Positions 1 to 12,461 of a stretch of 64,000 bases of DNA are shown one piece after another. A program made the translations under genes and the position numbers. Source of the stretch: Macrostomum lignano (Eukaryota); assembly GCA_002269645.1 (NCBI GenBank), contig NIVC01000194.1, forward strand, positions 124,001-188,000, written 5' to 3'. The notes beneath the pieces are model-generated. The model was not told the DNA's origin. It did not search any database and saw only the letters and a list, made by a program, of their open reading frames with translations. Every line of letters starts with the position of its first letter. Within the stretch, counting starts at the first letter, position 1.

Positions 1-617
1 GGTTCAGGACACCTGGTTCAGGACACCTGGTTCAGGACACCTGGTTCAGGACACCTGGTTCAGGACACCTGGTTCAGGACACCTGGTTCAGGACACCTGG
101 TTCAGGACACCTGGTTCAGGACACCTGGTTCAGGACACCTGGTTCAGGACACCTGGTTCAGGACACCTGGTTCAGGACACCTGGTTCAGGACACCTGGTT
201 CAGGACACCTGGTTCAGGACACCTGGTTCAGGACACCTGGTTCAGGACACCTGGTTCAGGACACCTGGTTCAGGACACCTGGTTCAGGACACCTGGTTCA
301 GGACACCTGGTTCAGGACACCTGGTTCAGGACACCTGGTTCAGGACACCTGGTTCAGGACACCTGGTTCAGGACACCTGGTTCAGGACACCTGGTTCAGG
401 ACACCTGGTTCAGGACACCTGGTTCAGGACACCTGGTTCAGGACACCTGGTTCAGGACACCTGGTTCAGGACACCTGGTTCAGGACACCTGGTTCAGGAC
501 ACCTGGTTCAGGACACCTGGTTCAGGACACCTGGTTCAGGACACCTGGTTCAGGACACCTGGTTCAGGACACCTGGTTCAGGACACCTGGTTCAGGACAC
601 CTGGTTCAGGACACCTG
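1..617. repeat. Near-perfect 14-bp tandem satellite (GGTTCAGGACACCT)n, about 44 copies, truncated by the window start; probably intronic to the SHIP-like gene
   Basis: The 14-bp period is directly visible and the array ends about 45 bp before the acceptor at 663-664. Confidence 0.97.
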
Positions 618-664
618 GTATCTAACGCGCACTCACACGCCCGTCCATCTCCCGCACCCTCCAG

Positions 665-3600
665 CTGGCGAGTGGCCGCGCTGGTCGCTGCTGCCCTGGC
701 TGAAGTCCATCGGAAGCGGAAAGTCGCGCGACCCGGCGCTCTCATCGATCCCGCACGACCTGTACGCCCTGGCCACGCAGGAGTCCTCGGACACGGAGCG
801 CAAGTGGGAGGAGCACGTGAAGAAGGAGCTGGAGCTGGCCTTCGGCATCGAGTACCAGACTCTGCACCACAGCAGCTTCTGGGGCCTGCGGCTGCTGCTG
901 CTGATCAGGCCCGAGTACAAGAAGAAGGTGACGGACCTGCGCAGCTGCACCCTGCGCACCGGATTCACCAACAACCTGGGTGAGTTGTTTAACTACTATT
1001 AGTAGGCGGATTTGCTGATTGTCAAGTTGAGATTTCGGCGAGCAGCAGTCCTCCCCATTTAGCTGACCCCTGAGATGCACACGCGCACACGCTCACACAG
1101 GGTGCACAGACTGACTGACTTATGTCCTGACTTTCGAATCGTCAGGCATGTACTCTCTCTGTGCCTTTAGATTAGTGGATTCGAACCAGGGCCCTCTGAC
1201 GCGAGAGTCTGTGAGCTCCCCGCCGCCCCTTCAAAGAATAGAGAAAGAAATCATTGATTTTACAAATAAGTTTTGCAAGCAGTTGCGCAATCTAGTTTAT
1301 TACTGAAAGCCTGCTCAGCCAAGCCAAAGCAGCAGCAAGTTGAAAATCATACGAGGAAACAGCGACTGACAACAGAAAAGAATCTCTAAGAAGCGATTTG
1401 AGCGCGTTTAAATTGCCAAGCACTTTTCATTGCTAAAATTTGTCAAGTAATAATTTATTAACTAATTTTTCGGGTCAGTTAAAACAAATTTGAAAATTTA
1501 TCGCGCCACTTTCAGGTGCTCGAGGCGTCCTGGCCGCGGCCTTCCGGTTCAACGCCACCTCCTTCGCCTTCGTCAACTGCCACCTGCCCACCTGGCCGGC
1601 CCGTCAGGCCAAGTGAGTGGCCGCTCGGGGGAGCCGCCTACAGTGCGGGGATTCGGGGGAACTTTGCGGGGCATGCTAGAGAATGAGGAAGCGTTTATAG
1701 TAGAGCTGGATTCAGTCAGTGAGTCGCTTTTTAGTTTTCTGTGCGCGCGGGGGGAGTGCATGCAGCTACGTGTGTGTTGGAGGCGCAGGTCGCTTTGTCA
1801 CTGGGCCATCGGGTGTCAGCGGGGCTGGCCTGGGGCGAACTGCTGCTGAGGCTGCTGGCCTGGGGCGAACTGCTGCTGAGGCTGCTGGCCTGGGGCGAAC
1901 TGCTGCTGAGGCTGCTGGCCTGGGGCGAACTGCTGCTGAGGCTGGCCTGGGGCGAACTGCTGCTGAGGCTGGCCTGGGGCGAACTGCTGCTGAGGCTGCT
2001 GACCCGGGGCGAACTGCTGCTGAGGCTGGCCTGGGGCGAACTGCTGCTGAGGCTGCTGACCCGGGGCGAACTGCTGCTGAGGCTGGCCTGGGGCGAACTG
2101 CTGCTGAGGCTGCTGGCCTGGGGCGAACTGCTGCTGAGGCTGCTGGCCTGGGGCGAACTGCTGCTGAGGCTGCTGGCCTGGGGCGAACTGCTGCTGAGGC
2201 TGGCCTGGGGCGAACTGCTGCTGAGGCTGCTGGCCTGGGGCGAACTGCTGCTGAGGCTGCTGGCCTGGGGCGAACTGCTGCTGAGGCTGCTGGCCTGGGG
2301 CGAACTGCTGCTGAGGCTGCTGGCCTGGGGCGAACTGCTGCTGATGCTGGCCTGGGGCGAACTGCTGCTTATTTTGGGCTGCCTCAGCCGCACGGGCCTC
2401 AGCCTTCAGCTGCTCCTTGTGCTGCTGCAGCTGCATCTCGTGCACCTCTTGCACCTCCATCAGGCCGGCGTAATGCCCGCCTTTGAGCCCGGCCTGTGTG
2501 CTCAGGTACATCATCTCGGCCTGCTCGACCTCGGGGTCCTTGAACAGTCTCGATTTGATCTCCGACTCTGAAGCAAAATTCATGAAAGCATTCGCAGTAT
2601 AAATTCCTTTAAAGCGTCGCCAACAGCGGCACTCCCGCGGGCTCACCTCGCTCCACCTTGCGGAACTCGATGATTGACGCCTTCGGCTTGCCGATCTTCG
2701 TCTCCAGCTCGTCGGACCGCTGCACCTTGCGCAGGTCGAGCAGCCGCTTGAAATTGTTCTCTGGCAATTCCAGGGGATGCGCAGGGCGGTGGCTTTGCAT
2801 AACATTTGCTTCTTTCACAACAGCTTCCAGGGTTCAAAATTGTTGTTGGCATTGCTTTGATTGGTTTGGTTAGGAAGAGTAAAACAAATTCTGTAAAAAT
2901 CGGTGCAGCCTGTCAGCGGGGATGTCAGTTAGTTGAAGTTGCTGTAAAATGTAAAAAGTATTAAACAGGGTAACTTTTTAAGGACAAAGAGTTGGGTTAA
3001 CCAGGAGTTCTCTGTTGAGTCAGTTTACGTTACCGCACGGAGATTCGCTCGGGGCCTACCAGCGGGCGCTGGAAGCATTGAAGCTGCGGAGAGTTAACTG
3101 CTGATCAAGAGAGTCAGACTACTCAATATTACATGTACTTATAAAGCTATGACAGTGGGAAGTGGTCGCCGGCTCACCCAGCTGCACATGCTTCAGCTCC
3201 GGCCGGAAGTCCTCAGTGGGCACCACCGTCAGGGTGGACTCGGCGACCGCCTCGCCAAGCTGGTTGCGGGCCACCGCCTTCACGCGGGTCTCGCCGGGCT
3301 CCTTGCAGCGCAGAATCTCCAGGTAGTTGATGGCGCCATCGTTGTAGATCTTGTAGTTGGAGGTCTGCGAGATTGTATGATCGGTCATGCTATGAACGGT
3401 CGTAAGGTCATGTTTTCTGCCAGGAGTCACTTCTAGCAGCTGTCGGGTCTCGAGCGCTGTGGGACTCACCTGAGCAATCATGAGGTCATTGATGTACCAG
3501 GATACCCGCGGCCTGGGGTTTCCGCTCAGCTTCACCAGGAACCTGGCCGTGTAGCCCTCGCAGACGGTGTTGGCCTCCGGGACCACGTCGAACTGAGGCG

Positions 3601-6600
3601 TCGACTGCGGCTCCTGCGGCTGGCTGAACTGATAGTCCGCCTCCGTGACCGGCGCCCTGGCGGTTTGAGCAAACTTTGATCCCAAATCAGATCTCAGATC
3701 CCAGATCCCAGATGAGGTCCTGAATGAGATCCCAGATGAGGTCCCGAATGAGATCCCAGATGAGGTCCCGAATGAGATCCCAGATGAGGTCCCGAATGAG
3801 ATCCTAGATGAGGTCCCGAATGAGATCCCAGATGAGGTCCCGAATGAGATCCCAGATGAGGTCCCGAATGAGATCCCAGATGAGGTCCCGAATGAGATCC
3901 CAGATGAGGTCCCGAATGAGATCCCAGATGAGGTCCCGAATGAGATCCCAGATGAGGTCCCGAATGAGATCCCAGATGAGGTCCCGAATGAGATCCCAGG
4001 TAAGATCCCAGAAGACTGCTCACTCGCGCCACTCGCGCTCCATCTCCTCCAGCTTCTTGTAGCCCTGCGAGTCGCCAGGCAGCTGCGACTGCGTCACCAC
4101 AGCGTCGCCGGCGTGGCAGACGAGGCCGACTCGGTTGCTCTCCACGCTGCCAGCCTTGTTGCTGACCACCGCCCAGTACTCGCCGCTGTCTTCGGGGTAG
4201 CAGTGCAGCAGGTGCAGCGAGGCCACGCCCCTCTCGTACTCCATGCGCAGCCGGGAGCCGTAGTTCAGCGGCTGGCCGTTGCGGAACCAGTCCACCCGGA
4301 TGTTGCCGTCGCCTACTGGCTCCACCTGCAGGTCCATGTACACCTGGTCGTTCTCCTTCACCTCGGGCAGGGGGGCCAGCGGCCGGACTACCTGAAATTA
4401 AAGCGACGGGGATGTCGTTGTGTTGTATCCAAGATAAACAATTCAGTTGCTATGATTACGCACAATTGCCCATGGTAAACAAATCAGTTGCTATGGCTAC
4501 GCACAATTGTCCATGGTAAACAAATCAGTTGCTATGGCTACGCACTATTGTCCATGGTAAACAAATTAGTTGCTATGGCTACGCACTATTGTCCATGGTA
4601 AACAAATCAGTTGCTATGGCTACGCACTATTGTCCATGGTAAACAAATCAGTTGCTATGGCTACGCACTATTGTCCATGGTAAACAAATCAGTTGCTATG
4701 GCTACGCACTATTGTCCATGGTAAACAAATCAGTTGCTATGGCTACGCACTATTGCCCATGGTAAACAAATCAGTTGCTATGGCTACGCACTATTGTCCA
4801 TGGTAAACAAATCAGTTGCTATGGCTACGCACTATTGCCCATGGTAAACAAATCAGTTGCTATGGCTACGCACTATTGTCCATGGTAAACAAATCAGTTG
4901 CTATGGATACGCACTATTGTCCATGGTAAACAAATCAGTTGCTATGGCTACGCACTATTGTCCATGGTAAACAAATCAGTTTGCCATCATTCGCCAACCT
5001 GTGGAGCTCCAGCCTCAGCCGCCGGCGCCTCCTCAGAGTCCCGCGCCCGGCCGAGCTCCTCCTCCAGCATCATGAGATTGCGGATGCTCTGCTCGGCGTT
5101 GCCGGGCAGCTGGGAGGCGGTCACCACGCCGTGCTCAGGCAGGCAGCTCAGCTGAGCAGGGGCCGACTGGTCCTGGCCGAACTCGCTGGACACCACGGCG
5201 CTGTAGGTGCCCGAGTCCTCGGCGTACGCGTAGTAAATGTCCAGCGAGGCGACGCCCATCTCCAGGCGGCTGTTGATGCGGGAGCCCGTCTGCAGCTGCT
5301 GGCCGTCCTTGAACCAGGCCAGCTCGATGCGGTTGCCGCTGCCGGGCGCCACCTGCACCTCGAAGGTGGCGGGCGAGTTCTCCTTCACCTCCAGCTGGGG
5401 CGGGCTGATCGCGGACAGGAACTTGGGCGGGTCCTGCGCCTGCTGCCGCTCGCTCAGGCTGTGTTTTTTAAGGAAAAATGCTTAAGTTCGTCAGCTACTG
5501 ATAGTAGCTTGTGAGAATTTTGTTTGCGCGTCCACTCACGGTTTGAATTCCTCTCCGAACTCTTCGAGTCGGCGAATGTTCATCACGGACGCTTCAGACA
5601 GATTCGAAGTCGTCACCACCCCGACGGATCCCGTGCAGCTGGAATCGGTTTTTAATTTGGTTTTTTCTTGTATTAGCGCGGCCTTAGCAACCGTTGCTAT
5701 GGAAAAGCTCAGATAGATTTTTACCTGAGCTCGGCGGCGCTAGACTCCGCCCGGCCCAGCCGGTTGGTGGCCACGCAGGTGTAGCGGCCGCTGTCCTCAG
5801 GCCGGCAGTACAGAATCTCCAGCGCCGCGTAGCCCCGCTCGAACAGGGCCTGCACCCGGGAGCCCAGGGTCACCGGGGCGCCGTCCTTCAGCCACTCGGC
5901 CTGCATAGTGGAGTCGGCGATGGGTGTCACGCTGGTCTCGAAGTGAGCCGGCTGGCCTTCCTGCACGGACACGTTTGCCAGCGGCCGCACAAACTGCGGC
6001 GGCGATTGCGGAGCTCCGGCATCGCTGCCGCCGTACTTTGGCTGACGGTTGGCCGCCTGCAGCTGCTGGTCCAGCTCCGCCACCGCCGCCTGGTTGAACT
6101 GCTCCACTGGGGGCGCGTCCTCCGGCACCACCCTGCGGGAGCGGATTGATACGGCCTGATGCTGACGCTGAGTGGGTATTGATTCTGTCTGCTCAGATAC
6201 TGAGTGGGTACCGCTTCTGTCTGCTCAGATACTGAGTGGGTATTGCTTCGGTCTGCTCAGATACTGAGTGGGTACCGCTTCTATCTGCTCAGATACTGAG
6301 TGCGTATTGCTTCTGTCTGCTCAGACACTGAGTGGGTATTGCTTCTGTCTGCTCAGATACTGAGTGGGTACCGCTTCTGTCTGCTCAGACACTGAGTGGG
6401 TACCGCTTCTATCTGCTCAGATACTGAGTGCGTATTGCTTCTGTCTGCTCAGACACTGAGTGGGTACCGCTTATGCCTGCTCAGACACTGAGTGGGCACT
6501 GCTGCAGTGCTGCACTGAGATCACAGCCTCTCATTAAATCCAAGCCGAACGCACGTGAGCTGCAGCGGCTGCGACTGCTCCGAGCCCCAGCGGTTGCGCG

Positions 6601-9600
6601 CGACGCAGACATACTGCCCGCTGTCCTCCGGGTGGGTGTACAGAATGTCCAGCAGCACGCAGCCGCGGTCGTAGCTGCTGTAGAACCGCGAGCCTGCAAT
6701 GAGGAAAAAGCGCCGCCCTGTCACTCTGCCGCTCCGTCTTGGGAAAGGCTGTTTCTTAGAAAACCGCTCCCCCTCCCGCACCCGCCGTGAGCGGCCGGCC
6801 GTCCTTGAACCACTCGGCCTGCACGGAGCCGTCGCCCGCCGGCTGCAGGCGGCACTCCATGTGCGCGAAGTCGCCCTCGTCCACCCGCACCGCCGGCTCC
6901 GGCTGCTTCACGAAGCGCGGCATCTCGCCCGCTGGTTCTGCGGCCGCCGCCGCAGCAGCCGCAGCAGCCGCCGCAGCCGCCGCCGCAGGGTCCACATCAG
7001 CGAAGCCGTTCTGCTGCGGGTAGAACGGCTGCTGCTGCTGCTGCTGCTCCATCAACATCGTGTCCGACTGGCCCACGGGCATCCGAGAGGAACTGGCTGG
7101 CGTGCGTGGGAGGATGACGAAGCGGCAGCTGGCTGCTTGGGTTGCGAGATTCGCTGGCGCGCAGGGAGTTTTACCTGGCCGAGCTCCGCTTCTTATGCGC
7201 TTGTGCGGCCCGGCCAGCAGCCCCGGCATTTCACCCTCGTCCCCGGGGATTTCAGCCTCCCTGCCGATCCCCCCGCCCGCTCTGTCCACATCGGGTCGAT
7301 AAACTGGCGAGCTGCGGCCTCCCCTGTCTGGGGAGATTCTTCAGCGCACTGGCCTCCGTGCGCCCCGGCCTGTCTGGTGTGCCAGCTTCGCAGTTTCAGC
7401 CAGTTTTAGGGGCTCCAGGGGCTGCTGCAGCATCCAGCCGCGGCGCTTCCAGACCTGCGGCCTCCAATCAGCGACCGCAGCACCTTCCCCTCTTCCCTAC
7501 TTGCAGTAGCTGTCGCGGGCTTGGCATATTTTCTTACCTGGGACTCCCGGCTCCAGCAGAAATGGCAGATTTATGGGCGCTTCCAAACCCCCCCCCCCTC
7601 GGTCGGCGGGCATTCGGCATTTCGGCCGAGTAATCAAATAACGTCCCTGGCGGAGTCCATGAGGTGAAAGTGGGTTGACCTTCAAAATCGCAAAGCGCAG
7701 ATGCTGAACGCTGCCCCCCCCCCAGCAGCAGCGCAGCGGGTGAATGCATTAATGCGAATGGGTCCTGTGTGGGTTAATAGTAAGAACAGAGAGGCTTCCC
7801 GCCCTACTGCAGCACTGCCAGGCCCAGCACTGTTTCCTTCTACAAGCGTAACTGTGTCTCAATAAAAACGGGAGATGCAGGTAAACAGGGTTCAAGCAAC
7901 CGCGACTGAAGTAGAAGAATTGAATTCGTTTCCTTTCGGTTCTCAGAAATTCTTTGACGTTTTTATACTAAGATGTTCTAAAAATAGAAAATTCTAAGAA
8001 ACGAAGTTAGTCGCTCTTTGCTTCAGTAAGTTTCTGTCGGCAGCGCAGAAAGGCGAGTGGAAGGCACGAAACCAGCTAATACCCGACTCCCGCCCCAGCT
8101 GCAGTTTGCCTTGCACTCCTAGCTCGCCTCGGCAATGTTGAGTAGTGAGCAAACATCCATCGGTCACCAATCTTGAGCCAAATCAGAGAGAGCTTTATTG
8201 CAATAATTTGAGTAGGCAAAGTTGAGCCAACAGATGCTGCGCCGCTAAGCTTTGATTCAGGTTGAGATTTCCGAGTCTGACCTGTTGGGGGAGATTTCCG
8301 TGTCTCACCTATTGGGGGAGATTTCCGAGTCTCACCTATTGGAGGGTGAGATTTTCGAGTCTCAACTGTTGGGGGTGAGATTTCCGAGTCTCACCTGTTG
8401 TGGGGAGAGATTTCCGAGTCTCACCTGTTGGGGGTGAGATTTCCGAGTCTCAACTGTTGGGGAATAAGAAATTTCCGAGTCTCACCTGTTGGGGGGTGAG
8501 ATTTCCGAGTCTCACCTGTTGGGGGGGGGGAGATTTCCGAGTCTCACCTGTTGGGGGGTGAGATTTCCGTGTCTCACCTGTTGGGGGTGAGATTTCCGAG
8601 TCTCAACCAGCAGATGCTGTCGCCGCTGCTCATGCGTCCCCATCCCGCTGGCATCCCGCAGACGCGACCCCCTGCTCAAGGAGATGCTGAAGGGCCTCAA
8701 CCTGGGCGATCGGACCCTTCCCGACTGCGACTTGACTCACGAATTCGATCACGTGATCTGGATGGGCGACTTCAGCTGCCGCCTGGAGGGCAACCTGGGA
8801 AGCATCGAGCAGAAGCTGAGGCTGCGCAGCTTCGGCTCCCTGCTCAGCCGGGACCAGCTCAGCGCGGCCAGGAAGGCCAGGGAGGCCTTCCAGCAGTTCG
8901 GTGAGCGCTCGATGGTTTGATTGATTATTTGATTTGATTGATGGCTTGATTTGATTGATGATTTGATTTGATTGATAATTTGATTTGATTGATGATTTTT
9001 TGATTTGATTGATGATTTGATTTGATTGATGATTTGATTTGATTGATAATTTGATTTGATTGATGATTTGATTTGATCGATGATTTGATTTGATTGATAA
9101 TTTGATTTGATTGATGATTTGATTTGATTGATGATTTTTTGATTTGATTGATGATTTGATTTGATTGATGATTTGATTTGATTGATGATTTGATTTGATT
9201 GATGATTTGATTTGATTGACGATTTTATTTGATTGATGATTTGATTAATGATTTGATTTAATTTGATTTGACTGATGATATGATTTGACTGACGATTTGA
9301 TTTGATTGACAACTTGAGAAGACGAAAGACAAATGATAAAGTGCTCCAATTGACCCGCAGCCGAAGAGGAGATCCTGTTCCCGCCCACCTACCGCTACGA
9401 GAAGCACAAGCGGGACCAGTGGGCCACCTGCGTGCCGCGCGGCCCGGCCAACCAGCGCGTCCACCTGCCGTCCTGGTCAGACCGGGTGCTCACCTGCAGC
9501 CGGCCGCACCTGTTCATCCAGTGCACCTCCTACGGCTGCCAGATGGACCAGGACGTGTCCGATCACAAGCCGGTGTTCGCCTCCTACTACGTCGGCGTGG

Positions 9601-10997
9601 TGTGCGAGTACGCGCCCAAGAACCCGATAGCCGCGGCCGGCCTGCACTGCAGCAACGGCCTGCGCTTCGAGTTCGTCACCGCCAAGCTGCGCGGCGCCTC
9701 GGCCCGGCACAGCTACCAGCTCAACTTCTACGGGCCCTGCATCGGCGGCCGCTTCGACTCGGCGCCCAACACGCACTTCCTGCCCAGCGAGGATCTCGAG
9801 CGCACCGGCTGCTGGAAGGCCGCCCCCGACGCGTACATCTGCCCCGTCTGGCAGAACGTGTTGCCGCCTCTGGAGCTCAGCACCGAGGACCCGGAGTACC
9901 TGGAGGACGCCCACCTGCTGGTCCGGGTTCGCAACATCGACACTGACGAGACCTGCGGCGCCTGCATCGTCTCGCTGCGGCCGCTCATCTCCGACATGCC
10001 GCAGGCGGTTGACGTCAACCTGACGCTCTACGGCGAGGAGCGCGGCTGCCTGCTGTCCCACTGCAACATCACCGGCAGCACCGACCAGTGGCGCAGCTCC
10101 CTGGCCAGGCGGCGCTCAAAGACGCGCACCTACGAGCTGGTTGCCATGGATACTGACACTCTGCGGCCTGGCGAGGGCGACGGCGCCATCGCCGAGGACG
10201 ACGACGAAGGCGACGAAGAGCCTGTGCCGGCGCCCGGGGCGGCGTCGTCAGCAGCCGCGGCTTCGGCCGGTGGCGACGGCCGCTCGCCGTCATCTTCGTC
10301 GTCCACCTCGTCAACCGACAGCGCGTCCACCGTCACCCGCGACACGCCGCTGTCCGCTGCCTCTGCTGGCGCCGCAGCTCCCGCAGCCGCGGTGCCTCAT
10401 TTGAGCCGCGCGGGGGGAGCCAGTGACCTCTATTTGTACCCCAAGAAGACTACCAGCAGCCAGGTGGTGAAGCCGGCCGCCATGCGCTCGGCCACCGCTG
10501 CCGCCGGCGATGCTGCCGCCTCTGCGTCGGGCCAAGCGCCACCACCGCTGCCACCGAAGCGACGTGGCCGGACGCTGAGCAGCCACTCGCAGCGCAGCGG
10601 TGGCAGCAGTGGGGGCAGCGGCGGCGGCAGCGGCAGCGCTAGCAGCAGCCCGCAGGTGCCGCGCCGCCAGATGAGCGCGGGCGCCACCGCCTCCGCGATC
10701 ACCGTTGGCGCCACCGGCAGCTTGGAGCGGAGCGCGGCGGCGCCGGCCTCGCTGCCCATCGAGTACGAGACGCTGTCGCGGCCGGCGACGCTGGCGGAGT
10801 GGCTCGCCTGCCTGCAGCTCGGCCAGTACACCCAGCTGTTCGAGGCGGCCGGCGTGGCCACCGTGTCGCAGGCGCAGGGCCTGACGGACGCGGAGCTGCA
10901 GCGCATCGGGGTGCAGGACCGGGCGCACCGCGAGCGGCTGGCCAGCTACACCTGCCTGCCCGCGGCTCTCAAAGCTGCCGCCGGTAAAAACAGTTGA
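665..10997 (+). CDS. INPPL1: SHIP2-like inositol polyphosphate 5-phosphatase, 3' part (5-phosphatase, C2-like and SAM domains); the 5' end lies upstream of the window
   Basis: Exons 665-979, 1516-1612, 8662-8900 and 9361-10997 are all GT-AG and phase-compatible. The translation contains IPHDLYALATQE, FNATSFAFVNCHL, HVIWMGDFSCRL, EEEILFPPTYRYEK, PSWSDRVL and SDHKPVF, plus a C-terminal SAM (LAEWLACLQLGQYTQLF...LQRIGV). This motif order matches SHIP-family phosphatases as I recall them. Confidence 0.9.
1090..1225 (-). mobile_element. SINE-like element copy 1: tRNA-like head (B box) plus conserved hairpin body
   Basis: The minus strand reads GGTTCGAATCC at 1187-1177. The adjacent body CGCTCACACAGGGTGCACA...GTCAGGCATGTACTCTCTCTGTGCCTTTAG recurs at 35523, 37251 and 61927-62113. 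Confidence 0.55.
1816..7082 (-). CDS. Kettin/sallimus-like protein with five I-set Ig domains and a Gln-rich repeat tail, about 1004 aa, nested antisense in the SHIP-like intron
   Basis: Exons (-): 7082-6782, 6693-6555, 6132-5725, 5638-5540, 5458-4999, 4391-4024, 3656-3470, 3364-3178, 2760-2647, 2567-1816. All junctions are GT-AG and phase-compatible, summing to 3015 nt. Ig motifs include QPAGDGSVQAEWFKDGRPL...DILYTHPEDSGQYVCVARN, and the same pattern repeats in the following domains. Confidence 0.85.
3711..3998. repeat. 24-bp intronic minisatellite (GATGAGGTCCCGAATGAGATCCCA)n
   Basis: Direct periodicity; lies in an intron of the Ig gene. Confidence 0.95.
4432..4981. repeat. 41-bp intronic minisatellite (CTATGGCTACGCACTATTGTCCATGGTAAACAAATCAGTTG)n
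   Basis: Direct periodicity; fills most of intron 4392-4998 of the Ig gene. Confidence 0.95.
6168..6497. repeat. 32-bp intronic minisatellite (CTGAGTGGGTACCGCTTCTGTCTGCTCAGATA)n
   Basis: Direct periodicity. Confidence 0.93.
8262..8605. repeat. About 30-bp minisatellite (GAGATTTCCGAGTCTCACCTGTTGGGGG..)n
   Basis: Direct periodicity with variable G-run length. Confidence 0.92.
8916..9310. repeat. AT-rich simple repeat (GATTT/GATGATTTGATTTGATT)n filling SHIP intron 8901-9360
   Basis: Direct. Confidence 0.93.
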
Positions 10998-11587
10998 ATC
11001 ACACAAGCAGGGCTCAGTAGCCCTGTGTTGGCAGCACAACTGTTCTCATCGAAGTCTCACCTTTCTTGTAATCGCTCATATAGGAGATGGATGTTGAGCT
11101 TTCTTAGAAAAATCTAGGTTGAGAAAATCCCCGATATAACTCTTCATGTCGCCTGTTGTTCGCTAGTAATCATGCTTTAAAGTGCAAAGCTATTTTTAGT
11201 GCCGCTCAGAAGCCTTGCCGAACAAAGACTGCGCACAATTAGCTACAAAGACTCGCCTGGCTCAAACTGTGCTATCTGTCTTTGCCGATGTATCCTGTGT
11301 TACTTTGTGCTCAGCTCACTGTGTTCTTTTAATCTGTAAATAGTTCAGTTGTTGTTTTGTTTTTGTTTTATTTTGAGAGTCTCGCGTCAAAGCTAAATCG
11401 CGACTTCACACAAGCCCAGACTTTGTTGAGTGCAAATACAATTGCTGGACTGTCTCCAGCAGCAGGTCAAATATCTGCTTTAGTGACATTGTGACCGCTC
11501 CCATGAACCAGCAACTCGAAACTTTTCAGTTATCAATGTTTTCATTTTCTTTAACAAGGAAAAAATAAATTAAAATTCTGCCCTGGT

Positions 11588-12105
11588 CTACTCCACTGCG
11601 CCTGCTCCACTGCACACCCAGCCTACTCCACTGCATACCCAGTCTGCTCCACTGCACACCCAGTCTGCTCCACTGCACACCCAGTCTGCTCCACTGCACA
11701 CCCAGTCTGCTCCACTGCACACCCAGTCTGCTCCACTGCACACCCAGTCTGCTCCACTGCACACCCAGTCTGCTCCACTGCACACCCAGTCTACTACACT
11801 GCACACCCAGCCTACTCCACTGCACACCCAGCCTACTACACTGCGCACCCAGTCTACTACACTGCACACCCAGCCTACTCCATTGCACACCCAGTCTGCT
11901 CCACTGCACACCCAGCCTACTCCACTGCACACCCCGCTTACTCCACTGCACACCCAGTCTACTCCACTGCACACCCAGCCTACTTCACTGCACAGCCAGC
12001 CTACTCCACTGCACACCCAGCCTACTCCACTGCACACACAGCCTACTCCATTGCACACCCAGCCTACTCCACTGCACACCCAGCCTACTCCATTGCACAC
12101 CCAGT
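11588..12105. repeat. 21-bp minisatellite (CTCCACTGCACACCCAGTCTG)n
   Basis: Direct periodicity. Confidence 0.94.
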
Positions 12106-12461
12106 CTCCCTGCACAGAATGAGTGAGCTTTCCCCCTGACAGAAGTGCAGCTCTTGCGCCTCAAGTTTAGCCGTCGCTGCAATTTCCGCATTTTAGCGGC
12201 CCCCCTGTCGCTCGTAAAATCAGAAACTGCTCTGCTAAGAGCTCCAGCTTTGAGGCTCCGTCAGCAAGACTGAAATCCAATACAGCTGCGAATGAAGATC
12301 CGCAACTGTGGCTGGGCGATGCAAAACAGCCCGAGCACTTCAGCTTTCGCTTTGTCTCTTTCTTGCCTCCCCTTTTGTCTTCTGCTTTCGCAGAATTATA
12401 AATAGCACCTGCCTACTTAGACTCTGGGTACTGAAACACCTGCTGCCTCCCTCTGCTGCTG

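Noticed and set aside
1-617. CRISPR-like regular repeats, here and at other arrays
   Set aside because: There are no unique spacers or cas genes, and the context is eukaryotic.
1719-2571. Plus-strand ORFs (GLGRTAAEAA; LAWGELLLRL) and the minus-strand poly-Ser ORF
   Set aside because: They are alternative frames of the Gln-rich repeat; only the QFAPG frame joins an upstream exon in phase.
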